From Raillietiella orientalis (Eukaryota), in contig JAYWIR010000021.1 in the NCBI GenBank assembly GCA_036172245.1, positions 2,232,001 through 2,296,000 of the forward strand: DNA of 64,000 nucleotides, in the 5' to 3' direction. The position numbers and the translations under genes are program-made. Positions 25,033-37,989 of the stretch are shown here, in pieces. Below the pieces are notes generated by a model, which was not told the origin of the DNA, ran no database searches, and saw nothing but the letters and a program-made list of their open reading frames with translations. The stretch's first letter is position 1, and every line of letters begins with the position of its first letter.

Positions 25033-26951
25033 TGCGGCGCCGCCAACCTCCCCAGCCGCCCCTGGCGCGACCTCCCTTGACGTCCACCCCACACCTCGAG
25101 TGGGACGAGCGGGGAAACTCGTCCCCGGGCGAACTTTGAAGTCCCGGAGGCACTGCCGGACCCGTCTTCTCTCCCCAATTCCGATGAGGGACGCCCTCTG
25201 GTCCTGACCCGTCTTCGAGGCCCATGCTGGTTTCTGCGGAAACACTTCCAATTCCCTGGTGGTTGCCGGCGAAAGGGTCCGCAGGCCGTGCCAGACCTCC
25301 GCACTCTTTGCTTGCAGAAAACTCCTCCCTTGGTTCGGCCCTGACCCACGGGAAAAGCGGAGAAGTTGCGGGAGTCTCTCCGCTTTTCTTGAAGAGGGAA
25401 TAGGGGGGGGAGGCGGAAGAGAGGAGGAGGAGGAAGGGAGGCGGAGAAAGGGAGCGGAAGGGAGGAGAAGGCAAAGGCAGCGAGCCCTCGGGGGGCGATT
25501 CCGAACTTCCTCCACCATAGTCGTTCCCTCCTTCCCCGCTCCCCTCCCCGTCGCCGCTGCCCCGCTTACCCGAGTCCCCGCGGGTGGGGATCCGGGCTCG
25601 GAGAGAATGAGCACTTCGTAGACAGCTCGCGCGCGGACCCAGCATCCAGGATGCGGGATGGTCGCCTGGGATAGCGGCATCTCGAGCGAAGGTTCCCTTC
25701 TGCTTCCCGAACGGGAATTCGCGCTGGAGGTCGCATCCTCGGCTGGTGAGGGAGGACCCTACGGGGGATTCCATCGCATGGGGCCTCTCCCGGCCTTGCC
25801 ATCGCAGCGAATCCTCTCGGTGTACCAAGTTAATATTGATTTTTAAGATATTATGTAAATGGAATGTAACTAATAATGATTTATGTGAAATAATGTTTTA
25901 ATTAGTAAGAATGTTGAATAAGATTAAGTTGTGCATTAAGAATATTATGAGGAACTCGGCAAAAATTTGTTTAAAATGTTTCTCTTCTCCGCTCTTCTTC
26001 CTCTGAGCGCGCGAGGGTCGCGCGGCAGGGAAGGAGCCACGCTCCCAGGCACCGCGGGCAGAAAGCTCTGCCGGGCGACGTGTGTTGCCCCTCACGAGGT
26101 CCGCCCAGGGCGCTCCTTGCCACAGGCGCCGCCGACCCCTCGCTCCACTAGACAGACAGATCGGCGCTGCCTCAGAGCCGCGCCCTGTCCTCGCCTGCCG
26201 AAATCCCCTCTGCTTGCTCGCCCACCCGCCGTCCGCTTCCCGGATTCGCCTGCTCGGCATCGACGCGCCCTTCCTTGGGTTCCCCGCCCGCACGCCGCGT
26301 GCGGCTCCTCGAGTGCCGCGCCATCGGGACGCGCGGAAGCCAGCGCTGGCTCCTCCTCTTCCCGAGTACCACTCGCCCGTTCTCACTGTACAACATTTCG
26401 TCTTAGTGCTTTGCGCGTACGGCGCTCCCTCACGGTGGGCGCATCTCTCACTCGGCCGCCTGCAACTTGGGCGCAGCAGGCAGCCAGCTGGTGCCAGAAG
26501 GTGGAATGACGTTTCACTCCCCGCTCCACGGCCGCGTCTCCTTCGCCTTGCAGGCGGATCCATCGCGTGGAGGAGAAGGCGAGCGCCTTCACCTGCAGCA
26601 AAGTCGCCACGAAGTCCCCTGAGGTCAGCTCTTTTGCGGCGAGTCCCACACGGACCTTCTCTGCCACGGGACGGGGTGATGGAAGAAAAATTTCAAGGAT
26701 CGATCGCTGCCCCTCCCATGTGATGCGCAGGCAGCGTCTCTCTTCTGCTTCCTTGTGTCCCTCTGCAGCTTCTTTGCACAATGCCCTTGAATGACCTACG
26801 GATGTCTTTCCATCTTTCTCTTCCTCTTGAACGCTCTCACCTCCGCTTGCGGGTCTTTCCCTAAGTGGAACCGACCTTTGGAAACCGCACAATGCAAAGG
26901 TCGTCATGGGTTTGAGCTTCGAGGTGGGCAGCTTCACAGAGACGCGGTTTA

Positions 26952-27064
26952 ACTATCGCAGGTGTCGCAGCATCGCCATAGGTTGGGCCGTCGTCGCAAA
27001 TTCCAGCTTCAACGTCCCCTCCCCTCCTTCCTCTGGAGGAGGGCGGTTGTGTTCAGTTGGCCGC
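26952..27064 (+). repeat. About 110 bp dispersed repeat, inverted partner of 24921-25032
   Basis: actatcgcaggtgtcgcagcatcgccataggttgggccgtcgtcgcaaattccagcttcaacgtcc...tggaggagggcggttgtgttcagttggc. Confidence 0.85.
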
Positions 27065-30000
27065 GAGCACGTGCGGAGTGCAATCTGCACTTCGCCTCAA
27101 AAGTATGCACCGAGTCGTTCGCTTCCCCGGATGGCAGCGTGGCCAAAGGAGCCCACATCCACATTGGTCCCCCGCATTCGAACACCTACGAAGCTGGAGA
27201 TCAGCTTTGCTTCAGTCACTTTGTTTTGCGACACCCCGCAGCTGGCGCCCCGGTAGAAAGCCGCTCTCTTCTTGGAGCCCCTCCGTCCCATCGACTGCGC
27301 TGCAAGGAGACACTTTGGAGTTTCCAGCAGTGCAGTAAAGCCTTGAGGAGAGGGAGGGAGGAGAAGGGGGGAGAGAGAGAAGCAAGAAGGGTAGGGGGAA
27401 TGCGGTACAGGGTTTCCAAGCAAGAAAAGAGTCAGAAGCGTGGTGACAGGACGGCAGCAACGGAAGTACAGCAGCCCTCGATAGGCCAAGGCGTCGTAAT
27501 CACGTCATAAGGATGTCATAAATATCGCAGCAAGGAAACAACGCTGCAACGCACGCACCGATGAGTGGACGTCACTTCGAGAGGCAGTACTCCACCAGGC
27601 GCAACCCACGGGGGGCATAGCGGCGCCGGAACGCTGGCACTGGCCTCGAGTGACCGCACCAAGAATAACAGCGCAAACGAATACAGCAGCCGCATCGGAC
27701 GGTGGTGGGAAAAACCGGGAAGGTCACCCCGAGGGTGTGTCCTGCCACAGGGGTGGCGGAAAAATGAGCATCGGTGACGAAACAGAGCGAGATGTCAGCA
27801 TGACGAAGGCACCTCAAAGGCAGATGGCAGGGCAAGCGTGGCAGCGGCGTCACAGCAATGCAACGGCAGCGACCTCGCCACTGCCGAGGTCGCGAAACGC
27901 AGCGATGCGTGCCGGGACGCTCCAAACAAGGTCGCATTTGAAATTCTTCGGGAGTCTGGAAGGGAAGCTGAGCAGCTGCTTGCCCTGAGACCCTTACGCA
28001 GACGGACCAACACTCGCCCTGGGTAAGCTCGGCCTCATCTCGGACTGATCATGCGCCTTAGATTTCATCCGCAAGGAGGGTCCCCGGAAGGGCTGCCCAG
28101 GTGGGTGCGGTGGGCGCGGTTCCCGTCCTCGCCCGAGGTGGTCAGCGAACGAAACCGGTAAACGAGACACCAGGGCGACCCCATGGATTCCTCATGGACT
28201 CGCGGAGGGAGGAGTGGGAAGCCAAACCGATCCTCTGCAGACTCTCCTGCGTTTTCAGTCCCGGTTTGCGCCATTTCGATGCATGGCGACGGTTACGAAG
28301 GGGGCGGCCGAGCCCTCCCTCCATTCTGACGGCATGCGGCAGAAGACCTCTGGCGAAAAAGCAGCCGCCTAGCGCCTCCTTGTACAGGGAAAGAAGGGGG
28401 GAGTGCCTCCCATCCCTGCTGGGCCACAGGAGCATTCCATCGGCACGAACGGTGGATGCATCCCTTGGGCTCTCCCCCACTGGGGCGAGGTTCGTCCCTT
28501 CCTCCTCCTCCTCCCTCCCTCCCTCGAGGCGTCAGCAAGAGGGAGGACGGAGACGTCCTCCGAAAGGAGATTTCCGGATTCTCCTTGGCGACCCCTGTCT
28601 TTGGGCGTCTCCTGCCCCTGCGGCCGCCAAGACGTGCCCGGCCCATTGGGCGGCGGGTTTGGCAGTCCCTTGAAGTCCTTCAGGGTCTGCCCCTCCTTTT
28701 CCTTCGCGCGTGCATCGCAATGCGTCGCGAGAGGGGGGTCTCGCGACGCCTCCTGGGAGCAGCAGACCGGACGGATCGACCGGACTCTCGTCGAGGGAGG
28801 GACGCTTCGGGCGGCGGAGGAAGGACGCTTCCGTGAGCGCATCCACGTGACCCCGATGGTTGCTGCCGCCGCCAAGCGTTCTCGTCAGGTTGACAAAAAG
28901 GGTGGGGGGGAGTCAAGAGAGGTGCTCCATGCGGGGGCACGAAGCGGCTGACTCGCCTCACGGCCTCGACCCGAAGAATGTCCTCGGCCAGGCGAGCGGA
29001 CCTCTCGTCGTCGGTCGATGCCCGCGAGCTGCCGTTCCCCCGGGCAGCGGAGCACGGCATCTCCTTCCTGGGTGCTCCGAGCAGGTCTCACGCCAGCCAG
29101 CCCCTGAGGGCATTCCTGAAGGAAGCGCAGTGCTGCCGGCCGCAGCTCGCTGAAATCCGGACCGTTGGGACTTCCGGGACGTGCTGGAATTAAAACGGCG
29201 ACGGCCGGAAATCTGGGAAAGGATGCTAAGAGGGAGGGAGGGGGGAGTCCCTCGGGACCCTCCGAGGACTGTAGCGGGAAGAGCGTGCTCCGGGTCGCCA
29301 CTCGATTTCCGGAGGAGGGAGGAGGAGGCTCGAGATGTCCGTGCATTCCTCTTCCTCCAAAACGTCGTCTCTCTCTGATCCCCTCGAGGCGCGTCCCGGA
29401 GGAAGCGGTTTCCGGGGCTGGGCGGCTCGGATTCTTCTTTCCCTGGCGGTCGTCCGGCGGGCGCCCGAGGGCAACTCCCTCGCGAAGCACAGCTCCTCCC
29501 TCAGTCGCAGGCACGGGGACACCTCTGGAAGAGTGGGGGGGGGGGGGAAGGAAGGAGGAAGGGGGGAAGGAGGGCCATCCTTCGATCCCGGGAGATCCCA
29601 GATCGGTCGAGTGTTTGGGGCGGGTGAGAGGGACGTGGTCCGGTGGTGGCCGCGTTCCCCGAGCCCGGAGCCCCCGGCGGCTCCTCGATCGCCGTTTCCG
29701 GAAGAAAGGGAAAGGGAAAGCGAAAGCTTCGTCTCCGGGGAAGCGGCTCCCGGCGGCTCGGTCTCTTCCGTCCGTTTCGCGGAAACCGCCTCCTCCGGGT
29801 TCCCCCGCTGGCTGCGGCGGCTTCCCTCCCGGTTCCCCCAAGGCACCGTCTTCCAGGAGGAAGATATGCCCTGCGGAGCGCGGTCGCCTCCGCAGTGGTG
29901 CTCGATCGATTCGCTTCTGTGCCTATTTATAGGCGGCCGGTCTCTGTTTCCGTTCCATTCGGCGGCAACAATCAGCGGAGGCTGCCTCTAGGCAACCCGG

Positions 30001-30715
30001 GAGCTGACCTCCGGCGCGCGCGGTGGGCAGCGTGCTGCTTCCTCTCGAGCTGCGTTCCGCGGGAGGGAACGGGATGCTCGCACCGGGAGCGATGAAGGTG
30101 ATTGGCATGGAAACGGGGAAAAGCAAGAAAAGAAGCAAAAAGAAGAAGAAGGAAAAGATGCGGACGCCCGCATCCGTGGAGGATCTTGAAATCAAGGAGA
30201 GCAACAGAACTGAAGCAAAATGCGATTAGGCAAAGGCTGCCCTCGCCACCAACCTGCTGATGCTGCTCTCGAGGAAAACACCCATCCGTTCCAGCATCTG
30301 CTTATTTTCGCTTTACATCTCGCGTGACAGGCAATCAGGAAAGAAAAATGCACATTTAATGATTGCGACCCGAGCGAATGAGCATTTGAAATGACTGCCG
30401 CGTCTTAAGCAACGCTGAATTCACATCGCCCTGAACGGTGGCATTTCGGCTTCCGTTTTGAACGAAAATCCCCGTCACATCCGGGCCCGTCAATTTGGAA
30501 GCGTAAAAAGAAGTGTTGCCAGTATGCACGTTCCAGATGCTTTATTTACGGTTGTTAGAAATGCTCCGCCTCCTTTTCCCTCGCGCGTGCATCGCAACGC
30601 AATTCTTTTGGAATCCGAAATCCAAAATCGGCATTGGGTGTATTTTAGGAGGATGTTCACAATTCACTCAAGCCACATGCCACCTTATTGTGGAAAGTAT
30701 TCGGGGTCCGGTTCA

Positions 30716-31243
30716 ACATCCGGAAAGTCGAAATCCCGAAAGACCATTACAAATAAACACGTAGGCTTATTCTACAAATTTATTTGAACACACATAGTTA
30801 TTCCCACTTATTAACGTTCATGCCATTGGCGGGAATATCATGGGAACAGATATATCCATTAATGTGATGTACATTAATAAAATTAATAAGCTGTTGATTA
30901 CATTGTTGGTATGTGTGTATATATATATATATATATTGAAGATTATAGGAAATACATATATATGCTTATTATGAATATTGACATATATATTTATGTACAG
31001 GTTAATATATGGGTTAATAATATATACTAGGAAGATTATAGGAAATGGATGTACATTCATATTACATTTGTTGTTATACATATTTATGTAATGATTAATG
31101 CATCTGTTCCAATAATATTGCTGTTAATGATGCGTACGTTAATAGATATGAATAACTATGTACATTCAAAAAGATTCGGATGATATTGTATGTAGAATAA
31201 GCATGTATGTTTATTTTAATGATCTTTCGGGATTTTGAACGTT
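30716..31243. mobile_element. AT-rich fold-back/MITE-like element, copy 1
   Basis: Left end aaatcccgaaagaccattacaaataaacacgtaggcttattctaca (from 30731) is the inverted complement of right end tgtagaataagcatgtatgtttattttaatgatctttcgggattt (to 31235). Interior is TA-rich and non-coding. Confidence 0.8.
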
Positions 31244-33279
31244 AGCGTTTGTTTTCAACCTTGGCTACCCTGCATCTGCTTACTGATGTTTTCGCTTCAG
31301 CCCGAAGCACAGTGTCCTTTGAGAATTTTCTTTTGTGCATCCCATCTGAGAGGTAATGAGATTTTCGCATCATCTGAATCTTGTCGTTGGAAGAACTGCA
31401 AGAATATAACGAAAAGGAAAAAAAGAAAAAGCGAGTTCTCCGCAAGGGTTGTTTCGTAGCGTTGCCGCGATTTCGACGGCTTTTCGAGGTGACTCTATTC
31501 GAAATGTATTGCGTAGGGTCGAGCGAACTCTCCAGTGGATTTGCTTGCGGTTCGCAAGGTGTCTTTCCTTCCTTCCTCCCCTCCGTTTCCTTGCGTTCCC
31601 CGTTCCCGTTCTTCGAATTAATTTAGACCCTCAGAGGGAAAGAAGGACACGGTCCTGTCTGTGTCTTTCTTGGCCCGGATGCCCTTTCCGTCTTCCTCTG
31701 TCGAAAAGTTTAGCGAGTGTTTGCCGTTGACGGATCCATTTTCTGCGTGTTTCCTTCATGTTCCGGGGGGGGAGCCGTTCTCGATGACCTCCCAAAGAAC
31801 TCCTTCGCTTCCTTTATGAAACACAGCAAGCCAAGCATCTCGTGGAAACCCACGGAGCTTTCGGGACGACAGGAGCACGCTAATGGCGAGGCCGAGGCTG
31901 CTCCTCATTGGCATTCACCACGTGATCGTCCACCTAATGGCTTTGAATTTCACACGGAGCCATGGAGATCGCATGGCAGCATCTGTTCATCCGAGCGGTT
32001 CTTGCATTCGAAGTTTCCGCTGCTTCGTGTGTGCTGCTGCTGCTGCTGGTTTGATTGAAAGTCCTCTCCCGGTCTCGGGAACTGAATTTTTCAGCTTATC
32101 GATTTGCGTTGTTGCAAATCCATTTCGTGCTTTTCTTATTGATTTCGAACTGGATTCCAAAAAAAGAGACAGGGAGAGGGAGAGGAAGAAAAGGGCATTC
32201 TGGCTGCCCCCACTGCAGCCAAGGCAAAAAGTTTTTGCATATCTTCCCGCGAATCTAAATCGACTCAAGTGCTCCCAATTTAAAGAAACCCCTTTTACAT
32301 ATGTATATATTTCCCTACAAAAAAGAAAAAAAGCACAAGAAAAATGGAAGCCGGAAGTCAAGATGGAATGGCAAATTCATCGAAAATCAAAATCTGAATC
32401 CGAAATTAAATTTTGCCACTTCCCCTTCCCTCTTCCCTCCTTACTCCTTTGCTTCCAGCAAATCAAATTTCGAGAACCAAATTTTTGCAAGAGGAACGAT
32501 GGTGCCCGCGAATCCCTGTTGCCTAGGAGAACTGCAAGTGTGCCGATGGTCGCTCCGTGAACGGCTGAAGGCAAGTCCCGCTTTCCATTCGCTGCTCCCG
32601 ACCGCACGTGGTCTCGTCCCGGGATCCATCCATCCCAGGGCACCGGAGGAAAGGGAAGAGACGGGGAGGGAAGCTGCCACGCGGCTGTTCCGCCTTGGTG
32701 TGACGGACCGTTTCGGTGATCCGCTGGCTTATCGCGTTCTGGAAGTGCTGCCTCTGACGAACAACGCCTACAACGTTTCCTGTTACTCTTTATCCCTTAA
32801 TCCATTCACCAGGGAGCGGCTCGTTAATGGAACGTTCGCCGACCTCGATCCCGAAAGGGGTGATCGCTTAAATCATAACAAGAAGGAACAAGATGAAACA
32901 CCGACGCAGCTTCCCCACATTTGCTCTTCCTTCTCGAGGTTCCATAAATCTCAATGTTCCCGCATTTTTGATGCACGCTCATTCGAACCCAGCAGGACTT
33001 TCTGGAAGAAACGGCCTTCCCCCAAGAGGTTTCGCGCAACAGTCCGAAGGAAAGAAAGGAAAAGAGAAATCGGAAGAGATCGCGCATCCATCTTCCCACC
33101 GCCATGCTGCTGCTGCTGCTGCTTAAGGCTTTTGAAATGTCTTACCCTCCGCACCAGTGCGGCGGAAGCGCATCCGTAAGCTCCGGCATTCTTCGCACGC
33201 GCACTCTCCACCCACCCGCATTGGAAACGACTCACCTGAACTCCCATCTCGGACGCACACAGCCCACGGGTCTTCCCGA

Positions 33280-34720
33280 GCCCACGTGGGCTCGGAAGCG
33301 TTGCGGGTTCGAATACCCTTAAAGGATGGGTGATTGCGACGCCTGCGATTCCCGAGCTGAAAGCCATGGACCGCCCGCGGAAGGCCGCCTGGGCGCGGAA
33401 CACCCCACTTACGTCCACGCTGGACGCCATGCGACAAAGTGGAAGATAGCGATGGCCTCGCGAGATGGGAAGTCTCCTGCGAGATCGCGGGAAAGAAGAA
33501 GCAGCTGGGATGCTGGAAGAGACACCCGCTGGCTGACGCATATACCCCGCCGCCCTCCCCAGAGAAGTTCGTCGCTGGGTGCAAGTCCTGAACATTCCTC
33601 CTGAAGAGCCAGGAATACCCCCGATGTTTGTGGACAGTTCCACGCTTCCTCTGAAGTGGCGGGACTCGGCATCGCAGGTCCCATGCAACGCGCGAGTCCA
33701 CTATGAAACGGGGGGGGAGTGCGGCCTCGGACTGGGCCAGGTGCGGGGAACGGGAAACCTTCACCGCACGTGTTGCTGGATCGTGTCGTTCCCGAGTGTC
33801 CGGGAGAGCTCCTGCGCGGCCCTCCCGCTCCCGACGGGCAGCGGCGGAGAGGTCTTGCGGCGCCTCTTCGCTCGCGACTCCACGTCGCCTGCAGCTTCCT
33901 CCCTTGCAGCCCCGGGCTGTCTTCGTGGGATCGTGGGGGCGAAAAGGCCACACCAAAAGAGGCTGGTCGAACGGTGACGTCATCCAGATCGTCTGCTCCT
34001 TCATGAGGAAGGCGGCGACAAGATGGCCGTACCCTGCCAGCAAAAGGAGGAGGAAGTTGCCAACATCCTCCAGAGGATGTTGAAGACACCAGAGAGAAAT
34101 CTGCTATCCCTTCCCTCCCTCCCCAACATTTTTTAAAACTGTGTTTTCTCTCTTTTGTTCTTGTTTACCCTCCCCCCTACCTCTCCATTGCGGACCTCAT
34201 CGGAGGAGCTGCTGCCCATATTGCCTTCGAGACATCTCCCTCTGTAGTGGTCATTTGAAGCCGCCACGAAGGAAGACACTTTTTTCATCTTTTATATACG
34301 ACTGGTTTTCTTTTTGTAAATATTTTTTTTTTTTTTACAATCAACACCACGGCGTGACCAGGTGAAAATAAGAAAATGGATGCGTCGCCGGTTCGAGTCC
34401 TCCCCACAAGATGACGCTGGTTGCCTTGGAGGCTTCGGATGCAGCGCTGGTGAAAGCCGGAATCAGGAAAACCTTGTTGATTGCCCGGGACAAAAAGTCG
34501 AAGGGGTCCCTTCCAGGAATCAAGGAGCCTTTCGGGGTTCCCCTCCCCCTCCCCCAATCGCGTACTTTCCATCGAGTACCATGGAGTACCGTTGAAGCCT
34601 TCCCAGGGTGTGTCGCTGCTCCCCCTTCGGGAAGCGACCCCCCAGAGAAATCGAGAAGCGTCCCTTCGGTGTTCTCGTCGGAGGAGGTGAAAACGAGGAG
34701 CGCATCCTTTTCGAAAAGTC
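33280..34720 (+). mobile_element. tRNA-headed interspersed repeat (SINE-like), copy F, split by a LINE fragment
   Basis: Head gcgggttcgaatacc at 33303. The family body resumes at about 34375 (aatggatgcgtcg...gatgacgctgg...ccttccaggaatcaaggag...ggaggagg...gagcgcatcc) and matches the other copies. Confidence 0.7.
33355..34370 (+). mobile_element. 5'-truncated, decayed Tx1/L1-clade LINE (ORF2 C-terminus plus 3' UTR)
   Basis: ARWEVSCEIAGKKKQLGCWKRHPLADAYTP matches ARWEVACTIAGATLPIGGWRTCELADAATP of the 48544-50322 ORF. Also IPPEE...LPLKWRD, CGERET..HVLLD (zf-RVT) and FMRKAATRWP. Degenerate 3' terminal motif aatcaacaccacggcgtgaccaggtg at 34339-34364. Confidence 0.85.
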
Positions 34721-35799
34721 CGTGGAGGGAATCCGTACTGAATGGCTGCCTCCGGGGGTGGTCTCCACGGAGAGAACACGCACGGAGGTAGTCGCCCCGC
34801 AGGGGTACCGCCTGCCCTTCGGCCTCGTTGGGAAGAGGAAGGGTGCTCATGAGTCGCCTGGCCGCCGGGAACGAACGTTCAGAGGTTCCCGGCGTAGCAG
34901 GGATTCCCTCCTGCGTGCTTCCCGCTCCCCTTCAAGAAACCCGGAGCCCGCTTGCTGGTTCGGCGCGCCATCTTCGGCTCCGTGCGCTCCTCCGGAAGTG
35001 GAAACCGGCCCCGCCCTTCTGAGTCCGGAGCGACGGCGGCTCCCGGCGCTGGGCTCCTGGAGCCCAGCTCCTCTTCCGCTCCCGCGGAGCTCCTTCGCAC
35101 GGGCGCTCCTCCCCCACTTCTGCAATCCCCGCCGGCGGCGCCGCCTCGCGAGCTCGCCGGACCTATAAGGGGCCCGCGGTCCTCCCCCGCCACCCCATCG
35201 TCTGCCGCGCAACCGGGAGCGCGCGCGACCCGGCCGTCCCTTGTCCTTTGGGCGCAGCTGCCGAGGACGGGGGAATCATAAATCCCGCGCAAACGGGAGC
35301 GGCTCCCTTCCAGATGGATGGTCCCGCTCACGTGCGGGTTCCATTTCGCGGCCAGCCGGGAAGAGCGGGAGCACTGGACTCTCCCCTCCCTCCCCCCTAC
35401 GCTCTGCCGTTCTGACCTGTTGAAACCACTCTCGTTCTCTCCTCCTCTCATCTTCCGGTCTTCGTCGCGCCGCCAGGCAACCCCGCTGACTCTGCGGCTG
35501 TGTGCCCGAGGAAGAACGATCCACGGAGGAGTCTTCCCAATTTGCGTGGGTCCGCGCAGATCCTCAGGGTCGCTAGGGAAGATCCCCTTTCTCTTGATTG
35601 ATGAAATTCACGATCGTCCCGGGACAGCAGCAGCTGGACCAGGAACGCTTGAGCGTGTAGCAACCCTCCGATGGAAGCGGAGACGAGCTATTTCGGCAAG
35701 CAGCAGTTCCGAGCTTTCGCTTCGCAGGGGTGTGACCACGGGGGGTTCACCTCAATACAGCAGTGTATTGAGATGTATTTTCCATGTGCCTCCACCTTT

Positions 35800-37020
35800 G
35801 CCTGCGTCGGAGGCCCCCGGTCTCTGCCCGTGGCCCTGCCAAGTGTCATGGATTCGCATACTCGGAAAGAAATCGACGCCGAGAGATGGAGGGTGCGTCG
35901 TGGGTTCGAGTTCCTCCCGCGAGACGACACTGGTTTGCTGCTATTCGGGTTTATCACCCGGATATGCCGGGGCATTTATTATTCTAATTTTTTACAAAAT
36001 TAGATAATAAAATCTATAGATATTGGCTGTCGTGGTAGAACACTTGGTTCTACCACGCTTGAAGACTTGTGGCGAACCGGTACTAAGACCGGCGAGGCCC
36101 TCTTCCGAGGCGCAGGGAACTCTCAAACAAAAAGAAACATAAAGAAAAATAACATGGAGGGGAATAGTTTTATGGGGGAAGGGAGGGCAGGGAAGGGATC
36201 ACTGGGCTCCTAGATCGGTCCTCTGCATCCTATCCAGGATGCTGACAAGTTCTGTTTTAGTGCTGGGTGGTAGGCGCCATCTTGTCGCAGTCTCCCAAAA
36301 GACCGTCGTCCAGGGGATGGCGTCCCTGCTTCCTTGGCCTCTTCTCCTAGAGTTCCACCTCTCCACGATGCCGCTCTATTCGGGTGCGGCGGCAGTGGTA
36401 GTGGTTCGAACAGGATGCCTCCGATGAGGGCTGGGACAATGGGAGTCGACCTCCGGGTTCTTCCAGGAATCAAGGATTGGGAAGTTTCCCCTCCGGTTGT
36501 GCAAAGGAGAGCAGACCCTCCAGCGTGGGGGATCCTTCCGGTTCGTTCAGGTGAAGTAGATGTGTCACCACCTCTCCAGAGAGTGCAGAGAAGCGCTCTG
36601 CTCCCTTCGGGGTCCTCTTCAGAGGAGGAGAAGACAGGGAGCGGATCCTTTCCGGGTTTCCTTCGGAGAAGAAAAATGGAGTGGACCCCCTCCGAGGGAC
36701 CCTCTAGAGAGAATAAGGAAGAGGAGATTTCCTTCGGGGTCCCCTCCCCAGGCGTGAGAGGAACGGACTCCGTGCCCTTCCTGGATTCGTAGGGAGGTCC
36801 CCCCTCCAGGGGTACCCCTATCTTGAGGCGTTACACGCACCCTCGGGTGGCGTAGAAGAGCGTGAGCCGCCTCCAGGGGCGCGACGGCTCTTGAGGTACT
36901 CAGCAAGCCAAAACAAAAAAAAGAACCCTCCCCCCCCCACTTCAACAAAAAAAAACAAAAACTGGAAGGAAAACAGCGAAGATCGAAAAAGAGGAACCCG
37001 AAGGGTTCCCATCATCGATG
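35800..37020 (+). mobile_element. tRNA-headed interspersed repeat, copy G/A1, split by a LINE fragment
   Basis: Family motifs cgtcgtgggttcgag (about 35896), ttccaggaatcaagga (36461), ctcttcagaggaggag, ccaggcgtgagaggaacggactcc, ccttcctggattc, an A-rich tail, and terminal hairpin ggaaccc-gaa-gggttcc (36993-37009). Confidence 0.8.
35951..36375 (-). mobile_element. Short 3' fragment of a Tx1/L1-clade LINE with a 10-bp TSD
   Basis: Flanked by exact ctattcgggt at 35941-35950 and 36376-36385. Minus frame WNSRRRGQGSRDAIPWTTVFWETATRWRLPPSTKTELVSILDRM is homologous to the ORF2 C-terminus of the other copies. Ends aataaatgccccggcatatccgggtgataa. Confidence 0.88.
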
Positions 37021-37397
37021 GCCAGGAGACGTGCTGGTCGCCAGCAGCGCTCCCTCGCCGCTGGTAGTGGAGGCCGCATCTTGGCCTGGATGAGGCGTGA
37101 GAGAAACGGGGGGTGGGGGATGGAGGGCGCGTCCGGACTCTGGAGCCTCGCCTGAGACTCGTCACGCGGCTGCGGCTCGGCTCCGAACGTCGCGGGTTCG
37201 AATCCCGCCCGAGGACGGGTCGACGCTGAGCAATGGAAGGAGCGTCGTGGGGTTTCGAGCGTCTCCTGCAGGATGACGCTAGTGGGTCCGTGTCGGCTCC
37301 GGGTGCGGACGGCACTGGTGGACCCGTATGCTTTCCCGTTGACTGGCCGGAACTGGAAGTTGACACTCCTGGGTACTTCCAGGACATCAAGGACCCC
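37021..37397 (+). mobile_element. tRNA-headed interspersed repeat, copy A2 (3'-truncated)
   Basis: Perfect T-arm GCGGG-TTCGAAT-CCCGC at 37192-37208. Near-collinear with 42425-42790. Confidence 0.8.
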
Positions 37398-37550
37398 TAA
37401 AATATATAGGAACATATATTTACCAACGTTCAGTAACATGCATTTTATTAACAAAATAAGTGATTACATTGTTAATACATTAAAGATTATTGGAAATAAA
37501 TACACATGATTATTACATACACGAATGTTTATATATATATATATGTTGAA
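37398..37550. mobile_element. Internal fragment of the AT-rich fold-back MITE family
   Basis: tgattacattgttaatacattaaagattattggaaataaata matches 39298-39340 almost exactly, and more loosely 30895-30955. Confidence 0.75.
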
Positions 37551-37989
37551 TTTTATTGCATTGCGAAAGCGTTTACTTTACCTTTCCGCGGGACCCCCTG
37601 TCTCGGGACGCGTTGTGAGGTGACGCACGTAGGCACGCCCTCTTCTTGAAAGGGATGATGGGAGGGCGTCTCGGTCCTCGCATCTCTCGCGTTTCCTTCA
37701 GCGTTCCGGAGCCGAGTCGGAGGAGCACCTCAGCGGAGGACTGCGAGGACTAAGGAGAGAGTCTCCGTTCCGTACGCTCGCGGCTGTTCGAGGAACTGTA
37801 CTGTACTGCTTCTCGCCGAGACGACGGCGACGCTCCGAATTCGAAAGAGCACGTGCCGGAAGGAGGATTCGTGATGACCACCAGTGGAACACGACCCGGC
37901 CCGAAAGCGGCCTCCATCCTTCGGGGGCCGTCCTCTTCCTAGACGGGTTCGTCTCAAGAGCCGGGTTCCGCTCTTGGAGTTGGCTTGGC

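Noticed and set aside
20300..30300. Many long overlapping ORFs (e.g. 21525-22895, 22324-23679, 24431-25828)
   Set aside because: They occur in several frames at once, are rich in R/P/G/S/A and have no motifs. This is expected from stop-codon scarcity in very GC-rich DNA.
32640..32900. Protein-looking stretch inside ORF 32301-33179
   Set aside because: No family motif, splice context or partner exons that I can support.
37150..37215. tRNA gene suggested by a perfect T-arm (also at 33303, 41328, 42586, 45658, 51868)
   Set aside because: No convincing D-arm, anticodon arm or acceptor stem, and each sits at the head of a dispersed repeat.
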